Numbered from the stretch's first letter, positions 26,231-41,524 are shown. The stretch is 64,000 bases of DNA from Vicugna vicugna (GCA_013265495.1 MU058793.1:436001-500000); one strand, 5' to 3'. Program-made: numbers and translations. Notes: generated by a model from the sequence alone, not told the origin.

Positions 26231-29200
26231 CCCCTTTTACATCATATGATGAAGACATCATAATACAGTCTTCAAAGAAGTGAGGAGTGCAGAAAGTACT
26301 TCTGGAAACCAAGAGCCTCCTAGCTCCTCAAATGCAATTCCCTGATGCCTGATTTTGTCTTTAAAACTCATTTCTGCAGAAGATACGGAGACTCACCATG
26401 TGACCGCCCACTAATAATTATCGAACACCTTGCTAGTGAAAGAAAAATGAGTACTCGCTGCTCCGGACCCACTTTCCCAAATCTCTCTGGTTGTCAAACC
26501 ACCTAAAAGACAGATCACGTTCCTAGCAACATTTATTGGTATTTCAGTACATTTCACCCGGATCATAACCCTGTGAGGGAAGTATTATTATTGTCTCCTC
26601 TGGTTGCCGATGCAGAAGCCGATTCTCAGAGAAGTTGGGCACCCAGTTCAAAAGTCACACAGTGCGTGCATGTGTGGTGGACACAGACTGGAAACCAGGC
26701 TGTATGAGGCCAGGTGGCATGCTCTTAACCACCACAGTGTTTATACACACCCTTGGCCACACATCCACACATCCACACATCCACATACACACACACACAT
26801 TTATAACCTCCAAATTCATTTATAACCTCCAAATTCTTATACAAAGCCCCTGATTCTGAAATTTCCCCAAAAAATTCATCTAGAAATTATCCGAATTACC
26901 ACAGAGGGAGGGTAAAAGACTATCCATAAATGTCTATTTCAGTAGAGTGAAACTTGAGTATGACTTTTTTCCCAGTTATTCTCACTAGAATTTTGGTCTG
27001 AGAAACTGTGAGAACAACCCCTACCCCATCATCAACACCGATCAAATATTACCACCGTGAACCATGGGCCGGTGAAAAGAGGCGCTCCATCCAGTTTTAC
27101 TCAATGCTATTCACGAAAGAGTATCGAATTCTACCCCCGAGTTTCTCTCATTCTTTTCTAACTAAAGACTTAAAAGCCCACACAAAATAGTAACTGAGAG
27201 CTTAAAAAAAAAAAAAACCTGTAAAATACCATATAATCAAGATTGTTTAAATGTATAAAACTGTCAAGTAGATTATCCTTTATGCAATTCAAATGAGCCT
27301 TTGGGAGACAGAATTAACTGAGGGCAAACAAGAGCTTAACTTTAAAAGACAAAGAGTTGGCTTATATCAAGTTGACACTTCCAGATAAGATACTGCACTA
27401 TACCAGGTTATACTCACAATAATAATTTTTGATTGGCATATCATTTGCCACTAACTACTGCTTGGCTTCCACAGAGCACACGCAACACACTATAAACTGT
27501 TATGAAAGATGTCTTTGTATTGTTCAATATTTACAGGGTGCGTTATTTTATAAATGCTTGAGTTGGCATAAGCAAAAAAAAAAAAAAAGGCATTAAAACA
27601 TTTCAGATCAAAATGATCCCCTTTGCCTTACAAAAGAAGTACTTTCTAAAGACAGGTGACAGTCCTGTTCAGAAATTTTCACACCGAGGCTAAGTAAATG
27701 TTCAGCGGTAAAAACAGAATTGCTTTGTTCAGCTGCACAAACAGATTTCTCCATCGCCTCTATTTGCGTATTCCTGAATATCCTCTTTCAGATCCCACTT
27801 TTATGGGGAGCAAAATCAATTTTCTTTCGGACAAAAAAGTGAGATCTGGTCTAATGATTTTAATCTTTTAAATAAACATGAACTGAACTTGGAGCACAAG
27901 CTTTTCCCTTAAGAAAAGATCTTTGTTGTCCAGAAAGATCTCTTTCAGCCTATGAACGGTTAATGTCAGGGACAATCTAACCTGGGGAAAAAAATGGAAA
28001 ATACGTATTTACACCAATGTTCTTTAAAAGAAAGAGCAAATGTTGAAAAACACCCCCCCCAAAAAAAACCCTGCAAGCAAATTATCCCAGCCCAAATGCA
28101 GACGGATGTTAAGTTTAATTTTTGAAGCAAATGAGGTTCCCCAATTCAATTTTAAACAAATAGAAAATGCGAAACAGAAAACTATAACATAAAACTTTTA
28201 TTGCTACTTTGCTAAAAAAGTACATTCATGTTTATGAAATAGAGTCTCCTTCAGCCTCCAAAGAGGGAATTATTCTGAAATTCGGCAATTCTTCAGAATC
28301 CTCGCAAACACCGGGCCAGTGTCGCTTTTCCAGGCCTGTTTCAGCCCTGCTAATAGTTATTGTTTGTACAACTGTAACTAAGTACATTACCAACTAGTTG
28401 TTCAATCTATATAAATTTAAGAAACACACATTGCCAAGGAGTGACTCATATATCAGTCTATTATATGCTACAGGGCTGGCTGTTTTAAACAAATCACTTT
28501 GCCTACAGCTGAAGAATAGAAGCTATATACAGAGCAGAGGTTATTGTCTAATTTAAATCTTGGCTTGCTTCCCAGTGCTGTACAAGATTCCAATTTGTGG
28601 AAATGTTGCTCTTTGCTACTGCCAGAAAGGCTGCAGAAAATGGTATTGGGAGCCTTCCAGAAATATGTCTGCAAAATGCCAATCAACAAGTCACTAAAGA
28701 TTAACAGTATGACTGTACCAAATTAATTTAAATTATAGAAACATATGGCGAGGATGTTTGCTTTGCACTTAAGACAACACCTACCTCACAAAGAGCTAGG
28801 TTTGCTCCACAGCCATAAAATAATATCCCAATGTTCAGATTCCTGCAAAATGTGAGCATCAGCTAATAAATCGGGAGCTACGTGTTCTTGCAGGAGCCAA
28901 TCTTTTCGAATGTTTAGGGTCTTATCTTTAATATATTCAAAACATATGGGAGAAGACTTTGTGTAACCAGGCATTTGTCTCCCACAAAGATAGAAAGAAG
29001 AAAAAAAAATCAACATTATTCAGCGACTGAAAACAATTTGCTCTACAATGTGAAGAAAATTCTAGCTTTATTGAGATTTGCCGTAGAACCCAGAGGATGA
29101 TGCGACCTATTGCACATTATTCCCAATTCTAAAATGTGATACTGGGCTAAGGATTTAATATATAACCAAGAGAAATTCACCAATTATAGGACCAAATCAT

Positions 29201-31814
29201 GAAAATCAAAAGACAACACAATTTATATCCCGCCAGCCGCTCTCAATATATATTATATTCATGCCGCTTCCCCATTATTTTCATGGGAATCTTTAATATA
29301 TACAATCATGTCATCAACCAAAAGGGGGGAAATCAATGGCACTTCAAACCGTAGTTATACATGAGTGTGCGCTGTATTTCAACTGAATAGGAAGGGAACT
29401 GTTTTATGTTTCTCTCCACTGCGTTTCTATTATTGCCTAGCTAATGGAAATACATCAAACAAATGTTCTACAAGAGCAATAAATATTAAAGTTGACCTAT
29501 CCATCTGGGAGAAATGAGAACAATACTGCTCACTTTTAGCCCAAATATGACACTGATAAATGAAGCGATGAGATTCCATCACACTTTCAACAACCTGGGC
29601 TGGGAGCCCCTGCATGATCCTGGTACCAGCAATTTTCTTCATTCATCTTCATTAGGACGTCACTTGACCTGCCTCCCAACATTCCTGTCAAATCAGAACC
29701 TTTGGGGGGGCTTGTACTTTCTAACTCTGAAGCCCCAACGTGTTCCTGTGTTCTTTAAGTCGGTTTTTTATTTGTTTATTTGTTAGTTTGTTTTTTAAGC
29801 CAGAAGAAGGCCTGGATGAGCATGAAAGCGGGGGCAAACATTTCCTCTGGAAGCAAAGAGATATCAAGTGTTACTCGTGATTAAAGGGGAGACTGCAGTA
29901 TAAAACTGGTCCACGCAGCCTCCTGCTCCCCAGCCAGAGCATCGCCCCAGTGGCAGGGAAGGCCTCCGAGTGTGCGGACCAGCACCCCCAGAGCCACAAA
30001 AAGACAATTATGTATTCAAATGCAGGATATACACGGGGCCTTATCACAGATGTAGAAATACTTTCCATTTCCTTCCTCAATCACAGTTTCAAGTGAGCTG
30101 GAACAAGAAAGGAGGACATTCTTACCCGAACACAATGAGCGAGTTTCATCACATTAGCAGTTTTACATTACAGTCCATTATTTTCTATTTCAACGGCATA
30201 ATAAGAGAGGTGCTGATTTGATTATTCCATAATAGTGAAAATGAATACCAATGCAATATAAAATTGCTATTATAACACAAAGCTACTAATGTGATTCACA
30301 AGACCCCCTGGAAATTAGGTTTTATAACTATGATCACAAGGGAAAAATTAGAAAGCCAGTAGGCAAGAAGGGAATTAGGTGCTCCCACACCAGTCTTAGC
30401 GATGCAGACAGCTGCTCAAAAGAAGCCAGGCGGTATTTACTTCCAAACGACACGGACATGCAACACCCCATCCTGGTGAATTATTTGAGAGGTATTTCTT
30501 CATTTTTTTCTTCATGGCCTGGGTTCCAAATACTCATAACATTAACTAAATCTGTGTTTGAGTATAGTATCAACGTAAGGTTTTTTGATGCACACACACA
30601 CACACACACATAAATGGGAGGATTATAGACAGAGTATGAAGAGTACATCACTTCTGGAATCAGATTTTAAAGACCTGACTGATTCTAAAAATCCACCATA
30701 AACGAAATGATGGAGTAAAACAGTGTGAAGGATTTTGGCCAAAGGCTCTCTTTTATCCCTGTCCTCCACCCCAAATAGAAAGGCTGTAAACTTTGTTGTG
30801 ATTATTTATCTCTAAGCCAATCTCCTCTCTATAGTCTGGAAGGATCTAAGACCTGGAGACTCTCAGCTGGCAGAAAGTACACACCTGGACTTGTGGTTCT
30901 CGTGAGCTGAAAATGTGCTTTCACACATACAGCTGAGGGCCAGGTAGAGGGTGAGCAGAGGAGCGTGGAACTACAACTCAAGCATCTCCCCAAGTACGAG
31001 GCAAGGAGTCCCTTCACAAAAGCTCTTTCCAAGTCAGTTCTCTATCAGTTTCCGAGAGCACAGAGATGTCTGACACCAGCAGAAAACCATGGCAGGCGTC
31101 AATCTTTGGTTTAAACACAAGACTCACTGGCTCCAAAGCCACAACCATGAATTCCTGCTTCTGGCTCGGGGTAAGAATGGATACTTTTGCACACAGGCCA
31201 GAGGTTTTCCATCTCCGCAAAAGATGGGGCATTCTAGAAGTGGAAAAGGGTTTGCTGACCATGGTTTTCTTCTCCTAATAGAAGAGTTAATGCTGTTTTT
31301 AAGAGATTTAAAAGAAACAACTCACTAATGTTTAGTTGGCAAAGGAAGTCACACTGCATCAAATTTTACCCTGTATTTGCACATTAGTTACCTTTTTGTT
31401 TAAACATCTCAGTTATTGAAGGAGGTGGCACTATGATTTGAACAAGAAGCAAAGAGTATGTAAATAAAACACATCCCAATGCATACCACCTTCTCAGCAT
31501 AGTCTGAAAATCCTGACAGCCTTACAGTCAACAAATACCCTGCTAATTGACCAGTATTGGTACCACCTAATCAGCATTTGAACATATGAACCAACAGTAT
31601 CACACGTGATGTTTCACTAAGATTTCTGGAGAACATTAAAAGGCTGCGATGTTTCTCAAGCTGGGTACCACAGAAGCATTTCCAAGAGTTGTGAGGGATG
31701 AAATCTATGCTCCTACAGGATATCATGAGCTGATCTCCAAAACCTTCCAACGACTGTCACTGCATTTTGCTTTCTCACTACCCTTTTAGAATAATTCATG
31801 TGACAATATGCCTT

Positions 31815-32160
31815 AATAACAACAGTTAACATTTATTGAGCACTTCCTGTATGCTAGGCATTATGCTAATCACTTACCATTAATTATCTAATTTATCCTT
31901 TACAACAGCCTTATGAGATTAAAACTAGCATATTTTCTAAAACCGAGGGCACTACTGATTAGAAGATACACTCCAACTACAGACATACTAAAATGTGAAA
32001 AAATGTGTGCCTTAGTCAACAAAATGTGGTCTTTTTATTATTACCATCCCCATTTACAGCTAAGGAGGCAAAGCTCAGAGAGGTTAGGTGACTTGTCCAC
32101 AATCACACAGCAAGAAAACCTGGACTCAAACTAAAAACAGGCTAATTCTGAAATCTTAAA
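31815..32160 (-). mobile_element. MIR SINE interrupted at about 31925-32030 by a small TcMar (MER104-like) DNA element
   Basis: MIR left part aacatttattgagcactt...ctttacaacagccttatgag; insert ...taaaatgtgaaaaaatgtgtgccttag...; MIR resumes at tattaccatccccatttacagctaaggaggcaaagctcagagaggttaggtgacttgtcc. Confidence 0.7.
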
Positions 32161-32224
32161 TTCTAAGTAAGTAGTCCCCAATTATTTTCTATTACAATCT
32201 TCTACTAAAAATATTCATATAAAT

Positions 32225-32430
32225 GATAATAGTTAACACTTTCCTATTACTTACCATGGTGCTAGGCACAGTTCAAAGCCCTTTCCATATGTTAATTCAT
32301 TCATCCCTCACAACAACCTATGAGACAGGCACCATTACTACGCCTACCCTAGAGAGGAACAAACTGAGGACCATGGCCAAGGCTACCTGGTGACGCACAC
32401 AAGCAGGCTGCGGGGTCCACACTCTTAAGC
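32225..32430 (-). mobile_element. MIR SINE
   Basis: ttacttaccatggtgctaggcac...tcatccctcacaacaacctatgagacaggc...gaggaacaaactgagg. Confidence 0.7.
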
Positions 32431-33717
32431 CCCTGTAATGTCTCCCTAAAACCACAGGCATCCACCGCCAACATATGCAGGTTTACTTAGTTATAATTTA
32501 TATACATAATTACCACCATTCTGACATATTATGCATATTTTAAAACATATCAAAAAGGGTAATGAAAAAGGATGAGAAACATAAAGAGAATTACTAACAT
32601 TTTCTTCTCTGATCCTGAAGTCATTCCCTGAGCTATGTGAGACCATACTGGGGAAACTACTGCTAAACAAATTCCTCTTGACAACCCTCCCTATCTAGAA
32701 TAATCTATAAGAAACAACCACGCCACCAGCTAAGGCTCCCTCCGCCTTCTTTCCTGGAGTGGCACGGACTTGTCCCACTATCCTGAAATTACTTGAGAGA
32801 AGGAAACAACAGAGAAGAGAAGAAAGATATCAATTTCCTGTAACTTGAATACTCACCAAACAAGACTTGAGTATGTCAATAAGGCCTGTCAATGAAGTGG
32901 CCACATTCTCCCAGGTGGCTTATCAACACATAGTTTTCTGGGACACTGACACTCCATTCTTTTTCCTGAAAGTTCCTTCCAACACTATAATAAGACAGTC
33001 AAGCATTTCCTGAGCACCAACTGTTTGCCAGCCTATGAGCAGTACCAGGAATACAAAAATAAAAGCTGCATCCATAAAAACCAGAAAGGAAATCTAACAC
33101 GGCAAGCAAAAGCCACACTCCTTCCATTTCGCAAATTTAATTCTCATTTCCAAAATGTCTGCTCTTTTATATTAGCCAGAAAGCCGGTTTCCAGCAAGAT
33201 AAGCAGTAATAAATATTATGCAGGTCAAAACTACAAGAATGGGTCTTCGAGAAAAGGAAACAATTTTCAGTTAAAAAATAAAAGTCTATTCTCAACAAAA
33301 AGCAAAGATTGAGAAAATAATCCAGCAGCAAAAAAAGGAAAACTACCATTGATCCAGGCTGCCATGTTTAACAAAAAGCAGTAAGGTTTTTAAGAATAAT
33401 CTTTAATAGTGAAGTTCGACCAAATTAATTATACTGTAGTCAAAGCAAAAAATTCTAGAAAGATCTCTTAAATATAACTTCTAATTAAACTAAAAGCAGA
33501 GAAAGTGTTTTACAATTATTACAAAACTTTTTGGAGAGACTAACATAAAAATTCCATAATAGCCTCATGAAGACTGAACCTTGGTGACTAAGTTTCTGGG
33601 AATTTCAAAATATTATCAAACAATACTGCTTCTTGCTATAAGTATAACATTGATTTGCTGGTATAATACTAATATGAATAATAACAATAGCAATGCATTT
33701 TTACATGTTATTTGAAT

Positions 33718-33931
33718 CAGAGATCAGCAAACTTTTTCTTAAAGGACCAGACAGTCAATATTTTGTAGGCTCCGTGAGCCTTCTGGTCTCTGTTGCAACT
33801 ACGCAGCTCTGCCTGATGTAGCATGAAAGCCACCACAGACAGACATAAATGAGTGAGTGTGGCTGCATCCCATAAAACTTTATTTACAAACACAGGCGAC
33901 CGGCCCATGGGCCACAGTTCGTTGAACCCTG
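33718..33931. mobile_element. MER58A hAT-Charlie DNA transposon
   Basis: cagagatcagcaaactttttcttaaaggaccagacagtcaatatttt...tctctgttgcaactac...ataaaactttatttacaaa...catgggccacagttcgttgaaccctg. The 8-mer flanks atttgaat and gtttaaat fit a decayed TSD. Confidence 0.88.
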
Positions 33932-34059
33932 GTTTAAATTACTATTTGGATCTATTTAATTTCTTTTAAGATTGCTGTTTCCTGGGATTTTCCCCCCATA
34001 AAAATTATGTTTGCTCATTAAAGAAATTTGGAAAATATAAAAATGCAGAATAAAGAAAG

Positions 34060-34232
34060 AGCCTCGGGCTATGACGTCAAACAGGGCTGGGTTCTGGGAC
34101 AGCTGAGTGGCTCTGGGCGAGTAATCTACCATCTCAAGGTGTCGGTTCCCTCACCTGTAAAACTGAGATGATGACAGTCCTGACCTCAGAGGGTCATTCC
34201 TTGTGAGGACCAGACAGTTGATACACGTAAGG
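34060..34232 (+). mobile_element. MIR SINE
   Basis: cagctgagtggctctgggcgagtaatctacc...tcggttccctcacctgtaaaactgagatgatgacagt...ttgtgagga. Confidence 0.7.
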
Positions 34233-37200
34233 CACACTCCTACCCCTCATCCTATCACAACTGTTGCCACCAACTTTCTTCCGGCTTAACTCTAATGATA
34301 TTAAAAACACCCAGCACAATGCGAACGTCCCTCGGGACTCGCACTGAATGTAGGAATCAATGAAACAAATGAAAGAAGAGAGGGAGATGGCAAAATGTTA
34401 CATTAGTTTCCAAATGAAAATGTAACCCGTTCTAATGTTTTACAAAAGAGAAAGGCAACAGAAAGTAATAGTTAACATTTAAACTGTACTGATAGGGTTT
34501 TTAGAGAAAATTCTACATAACATGTTTCTCTCCACCTACGAAAGAATAATAAATAAAAAATAAATGAAAAGAGCATTATTCTACATTACTTGAAACAAAG
34601 TATGCATTTATGGAAATAACACACATATTGTAAATTAACAAGTTTCAGTCCTATAAAACAACACTCTTAAGAGCAAAAGTGCGAGATAATTACACACCAC
34701 TCCAAAACTGCTTTAGTGTTGTTTTTAAAATCAAGTAGTCATATTCTGGTATTTGTCCTCCAACAGAATCACCACTTTCATATTCACTATAGCATGAGAT
34801 GAGCTATTTAATAAATAACAGGTCTTGAAAATCCAGGGATTAAGTAGTTTCTTTTAGTAAAATTGAACATCAGGACAGCATATGCCAACCAGTCCTAGTT
34901 GTGCAACAATTTTTGTGGTTGGGGAAGGATGAAAAGGCGTATTTCCTAAAGAAGCTCACGTTCTAAAATGAAGAGAATGAGAAATATCTTGTGCACATGG
35001 GGCTCCCCACCAAACACACACACACACACACTCAGCGGTTGGAGAGCATAGTCATGCTATGTTCCTTCTTGCTCACATGACAACATTCCAAAGCACAGGT
35101 GAGATTCAAAGGATGGAAGAGATGTGGTTTGTTTCACTGTCAGGATAAAGGAGGTTCTTAAAGACCTACAGGGATGGACAAGTGAAGGATCAGACATGAC
35201 AGATGGGAAGGCAAGGGGTTTGATCCAGGGAAATGGAGAGAGGAGAGTCAAGAAATTCCGACAGAACAGCAGCCTCTGGTAATGTATCAAAAGGAGAGAA
35301 ACTTTTAAACAAGCCAGATAATGAAGAGCAGGTAAGGAAATCAATAGATGGGAAAGAAAAAGCCAGGCTAGGAATCCCTCAATCTAACCTTTCACTACCT
35401 TCATTTTAGTCATCAAAGCAGTTAAGATGGAACGATTAATTACTTTATGCCACCAATAGCTCTGATTTTATTAACTGTCCATTCGAGTAACAATAATCAT
35501 CATTTGGTTAGTCCATTTTTTTTCCCCAGAGGGATTACTTGTTTGCTTGATTCTTTAGCGACAATAAGCTCTGAATGCCAGGGTCTCCAAACTAAACATT
35601 AAACAAATTGACAATGCGGAAGCATAGGAATAATTACAGATTATGCTAGACAATGTAACTAGATTGGGTTTTCATGAAGCTGATGGCTGGATTTTGCCAC
35701 AAAACCCACCAACCGCTCTGGAGTCCAGAGAATGGTCTCATGGATAAGGCCCAAGGCCCTTCTGGGGAACAAAACAGTGAGAATCACACTCAACTAGCTA
35801 ATACTTTTCTATCACAATAAGAATTAAGAAATATCCATCTAGGAGAATCTCGATTTTTATCTAAACATATTTGAAACCTTGATGAATTTTACTAACTTAG
35901 CCCTGGACTGAGTCCTGAATGTAGTAAAAATTAAAGTCATCGTAGGAAAAGGGTCTCAATATTCAATTCTAAGGCTATTTTACCTACATCCAAGAATTTT
36001 GGAGGCAGTGCAATTAAAACTCTTCTCATGCTAAAAACAATGCACAAAGTGCCTCTTGGTTTCAAGTTTTGGTAGGCATGCACCAGAAATACACAAAATA
36101 CTCAGCCCCCATTTCCACGCGCTCAAAGATCTAACTACCACAAGACATGAACAAATATAACAGATAAAGAGGAGCATTTTCTCCAAATGCTAGAAGCCAG
36201 GTCCAAGGTGAGGAAAGGGGAGAGAACAAGAAGGTGAATAATCCCCCATAGGTAAGAATTCAGAACAGACAGCCACCAGAGCCTTCATCTCAGCCCAACC
36301 CACCGAGTAAAGTATCAGACTGAATAACAGACAGAGTCGAGTCATCTACAGTGCACAACTTAAGGATTCTTGGCCTTTCCTTTAAAGGTCATAGGGTCAT
36401 GGTAGCCAGCCCCCTACTAAAAGTTGTTCATCACAAGTATATTGGTCAAGTTCACAAAGTAATCAGAGGCCAAAGGCAAGGTTTGGAAAAGAGGACTTCT
36501 ATGGGTGGAACTGTTGTGGAGGTCTCCAATGATGATACCATTTATAATCATTTAAAAGATTCAAAAACATGATTGAATGACATTAACTTTCTCCTCCTTG
36601 GAACTCTGACTTTCCTTACAATGTCCTTCTAAATTGACTTCATCCAAGAAGTGTTATCATTTATGATGTAGTAGTGGGTGCGTCAAACTCTCCAAGAAGG
36701 TTCTCATGGAGGCTACTGGATTTAAAGTAGCCAGAAACCAAGATTAAAGTCCCCCACAGAGATCTGAATTCTGTTTATACTGTTCAACAGCTTCCAACAA
36801 AGCGGTCATTGACTCTCAAGGTGATGAGACCTGCACAGCTCATAGTTAATGCTGAAACGTGTGGCATCCCACTATTTAACTGGGGTACACAGGCACAGAG
36901 GAGATACACAAACATGTTTTCCAAGTTACAGAATGAAGCGGATATTTTCCTAATTTTACTCAAAGAATAGGGGGAGAAAGTCATGGCTTTGGTTTTATAG
37001 CAAAGGTGGAGAAACTACATAAAAGAATGCAAAAACTGTATTTAAAAAAAAAAAATAAGAGACTTTAAAGGATTGCGGCCGGTGAAATGACTTTGAAGAA
37101 TATGCGTTGTCTGCCTTCTTTGCCATCAGGGGTGCTTCTGTGATGAAGTTTAGGAAGACGAACCTTAAAGGAGTCATGAGACCTTCACTTCAACATTTAT

Positions 37201-37874
37201 ACTTAATTGTTTGCACACATTTTAGTAAGCAAAATGAGCCTCAAACAAGAAAAGAAACATCTGGGAAAACACTATGTCAAAAACTACTTTAAGGAACATG
37301 ATATATTCAGTTACGTCCATATTAACAGAGGACAGGGATGCCTTCGACAACCCAAGGTATCAGTTAGTCCAGAACTGGTACCAAAGTCTAGAAGTTACAG
37401 ACTGAGGATTTCATTTATACGTTAGATCAGTTTTACAGCTTATCTATGATCTTAATTACATTTTACTAGGGCTAATATTATCTTTCTCCTTCCTTTCTGG
37501 TGTCTAGATTATATTATTTGAAAACAGTGACTTTCAATCCTGTTAGGTGGCAGAAAAAAAGCCCAGAAAGGAATGAAAGCCAATCAGCTGACTCAACTCA
37601 ATCACGACCAAGCTACGGAGTCTGCATAACAATGACAATATTATGAATGAGCTTCAGGGTTGTTTCTGAACACGTTTAATATTTGATCAAAAATATTGAG
37701 CACTTTTGACTAAGCACTGTAAGCAAATTCTGTAAATCATAGCAGAATTGCTATAAGTTTCCATCATATAGGAAAAGTTTGCCTTTGATTTAATTAGAGA
37801 ATTAATGAATTATACAAATACCTGGAGACGTTAATATGAAGGCTGATTTGGAGGAGATGTCTAACACAGATATA

Positions 37875-38520
37875 TTCTGGGTGAGTGTGTAAATTAGTAC
37901 AATCTCTCTGGAAAACAGTTCAACCCAGTCAATCACCTGGTCGAGCATATACCCTAAAACCCATGAGTTCCACTCCTAAGCAAACACAGGAGAGAAACTC
38001 TTGTATGTTGCACTGGGGTAGAGATACAAGATGCGTGCAGGGACACTGTCTATAATAGCAAAATGTTGGTAATGCATTCAAACGCCCACTGGCGGAAATA
38101 CTAAGTCCATACAGTGGAAGAGTGTACAGCAGTGAACGCCAAAAAAGCACAGCCATGGGTGACAACTTAGATGAACATCACAAAAATAATACCAAGGGGG
38201 GGAAAAGTGAGCCAAAAAAGAAAATGCACATTACAGTTCCATTTATTAAAGAGATTAGAAATATGCAAAACTAAACAATATGTTGTTGAGAGATAGTCAG
38301 ATGTATGGTAAAACTATAAAGAAAAACAAGGGAATGATACACATCAAATTTAGGAAGGTGACTACCTCCGGGGTTGGGGAATGGAGGGACTTACAATTGA
38401 GAAGACGTCAACATGACTGATAAATTTCAATTAAGTTGGGTAGATAGGCAATATAGCTTTATTATTACTCTTTAAACTATTCATTAATTACACTCTTGTA
38501 TGTGAAATACATTGTGTAAT
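37875..38520 (+). mobile_element. Old L1M (L1ME-like) ORF2 end and 3' UTR
   Basis: gtgtaaattagtacaatctctctggaaaacagtt...ttccactcctaag...tataatagcaaaa...aactaaacaatat...ggtaaaactataaagaaaaacaagggaatgat. Confidence 0.75.
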
Positions 38521-39949
38521 TTAAATCCACAATGTAGTTATATACACATGTAAATATCACAATTAAGATGTTCACAATGCAATAAAAGAGTGAACAAACC
38601 CAAAATTCTGGCATACTAACAATCAAAAGATGACTGTCATTAATGGAGTAATCCAAAAAGAAGCACTAGAGAGAGTATTTCCAGAAAACCTGGTTCTTGG
38701 GGTGTTCTTTCCACCCAAGATAATGAAGTTTAGGAAAGTTCTACTTTGCGAATCTTTCTTACAAGCTAAAAATATGACTAAATGTTGACTTGGAATTCTC
38801 TCTTTAACTATGCTTGAAGCTAATGTTGCAAGTAAGGCTATTTATAGAGCCTCGTCATTGGTTTGAACGCTTCTCATTGCAATTTTATTATAAAGAACAT
38901 CTAACATCTAATAGATTTTCTCCAAGCTAAGGAAAAAACAGTACTATAATAAGGTATCATACATTCGCGGGTAAAAATACTCCTTTTAGAGAACATAACA
39001 TAATTAGTTTCTATTCCAAGTCTGTCAGTGTGCACTGTTAACCTCTGACAACTATACATGAACCTTTTAATTAGTATGTTATCTTTGGTGCAATTAATAA
39101 CTTGTACCTCATGTTATAGGCAAATTAAAGTTTTCCCACTAAAGCCAAATTCTTCAGTGTAGTTCTAAAAGTGTTTTGCCATTTAAATGAAAATTTAACA
39201 TTCAGACCTCTTGCTCCCAAAACACATAAGCCGTTTTTTTCCAAAGCTAGACAGCTTTTCGCCATCAACGCTCTTTCAAATATTTTACCTAAGACAGAGA
39301 CTCTCATATTAAATTCAATTTCACACTTGTCAATCACATACACCCACTCACAGTTCCTCCGGATGATGCAATGGGGCCTCATGTGTCTGTGTGTGTGTGT
39401 GGACATGTCCACACACAAACATACATAATGCTTAAATACGGATAAACACATTAACTGCTAGGTACTGGTTAAAACAGACTTTTAGCATGCCATCTTATTA
39501 TATATTGAACATATGGCTGACATGAGCAGTTCTACTAATACAATTAAGTTTTAAATATGCATGCGCAAGTCCAAAGTCTAAGATCCACAGCAGTTCTCGA
39601 GCTGGTACTTACACGGCCAGTCATGGTATTTGCGAGACCCACCTAAAAGGATCCCCTGTCCCACCACCCTAGAAACCAGAGATATTTGCTGTTGATAATG
39701 TTGAGGATGGAGCACCTAAGTACAAAATCAGCTACATTCCTCCAGTCCCTAGAAACTCACCCCCTCCCCTTATACCTCAAAAAAAAATCAGTTCTATCTG
39801 TTGCATTTCCAAGAGAAAAGAACAAAGACATACGCTTCGGTACAAATGATGCCACTTACAAAATGCAAGGTTCTTTTTCACTGGTCTTTCCCTTTTCTCT
39901 TATGACAAGCATGGATAATCTCAAAATATTTGTGTCAATAAAGTGATGG

Positions 39950-40520
39950 ATGAGACATTAAAGATTAAAGAAGAGAAAGGAATAAAAGTACATAATACTT
40001 AAGACAAGGGCCTTAAAAATCTAAAGTAGGTATGTTGAGCAGAAATATATATATATAAATTTATATTAGAACAAAATAAAAAATGGATTTAGTAATGCTG
40101 GATTTAAACTGGAAATAGCTGTTTGAACCCGTGACCTTCACCAAAAATTACCTTTTTGGCTGTCTCCCTAAAATGAACTAACAAGGGAGTCATTTCTTCT
40201 TCCCAGAGGCATTTGAATGGCACAGCATCCAACTTTTAAACTCTACTACTATTCTCTACTAAAAGGAATCAGAGCTCCTTGGGGAATAGCTGATCCTGTG
40301 TGTTGGGACAGGAAGAAAATCAAGATCAACTGGGACTTGTTGTGATTCTCAGAAAACAAAAGGACTCTCAGGGATGCCTGGGGTGGTGCAGAGAGGACCA
40401 AGGAGGAAGCTGAAGAAGACTCTCACAGGTCATGCTGTGACCATCTGAGCATCAGCCTGAGAATAGGAATCATAATTAATTAGAACAAGTACATCCTATA
40501 AAAAGCTCCGAGTTCAGGAT
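39950..40520 (+). mobile_element. Old L1MC-like 3' UTR fragment
   Basis: aaaaggaatcagagctccttggggaatagctgat...gggacaggaag...aagatcaactgggac...gaccatctgagcatca resembles the recalled L1MC4 3' UTR. Confidence 0.55.
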
Positions 40521-41524
40521 ACTGAAATAGAAAAGTTAATGCAAAGTATACCCAAAAGAAAGGTATTCGTGATACAAAAGAAGAGTGAGTATAGGAAGAT
40601 GTTTTAAAATCAATTTTAATAGGTGGTAAAGCATTCACAGACTTGGATGTTCTTTTTCCCCTGTTAAGCACGTGCTTCTTTATAAAGCCCAGATCTGCAT
40701 TTTTCATTATGTGTGTTTGTAGGAAAGAATGAACACGGGAACTCTGAGTAACCCAAACAGTTCCAGAAAAGTAGGAGCTATTCCAAGAAAACATGAAGAA
40801 TTCCAGCTACAGTTGGAAGAGTGAGTCTTAATGTCTCAAGAAGTTTGAGCACTATTAGCCCACGCTCTAATGACTTAAAAATTGAATGTACTTAAAAAAA
40901 ATTCTTCAGTGTAAAATGCCTTCATACTTTCAAACAATGCTGAAAACCAAGCAAGACAGCTAATGCCTCACTGGATAAATTCAGAACTCCTGAGGGAGGC
41001 AGCAGAACACAATGGAGAAGTGGACTTGGAATCAGGTAGTCCAGGTTCAACTACCACTTTGCCTATTTCCCAGTTTTTAAAATGTTACTCCCTGTCAGAC
41101 CTCCCTCCAGAGCAAATATGAGGCTCTAACGTAAGATAATATATTTAAAGTGACAATCCCTGTGTTTTGTGTTTGACGGTATTTGGTGGTTCATTTTGAA
41201 AACAGTTTGATCATGAAAAGAGTATGGTATTTTTTATTACTATGTCCCAGAAATCAGGACATATTCTGTAAAAGGCACAGAAATATGGGTTCCCATTGAT
41301 TTTCTTTCAACTCAATCAAGGGAATAAAAATTTGCCTCGGCAATAATTGCTGGAGCGCCAGGAAGATTTTTGAAGGAAAAACTACAAAGCTGACAGAGTG
41401 TGTTCAACCTCTTCAAAAGCGATTTCAACTCCAAATGCTCTATAACCCAGAACTTTACTCCGGGGATCTTCTGATCAACATGAGCCTCTGTTTTCTATTT
41501 ACCCAGAGCATAGTTACTGCTCAC

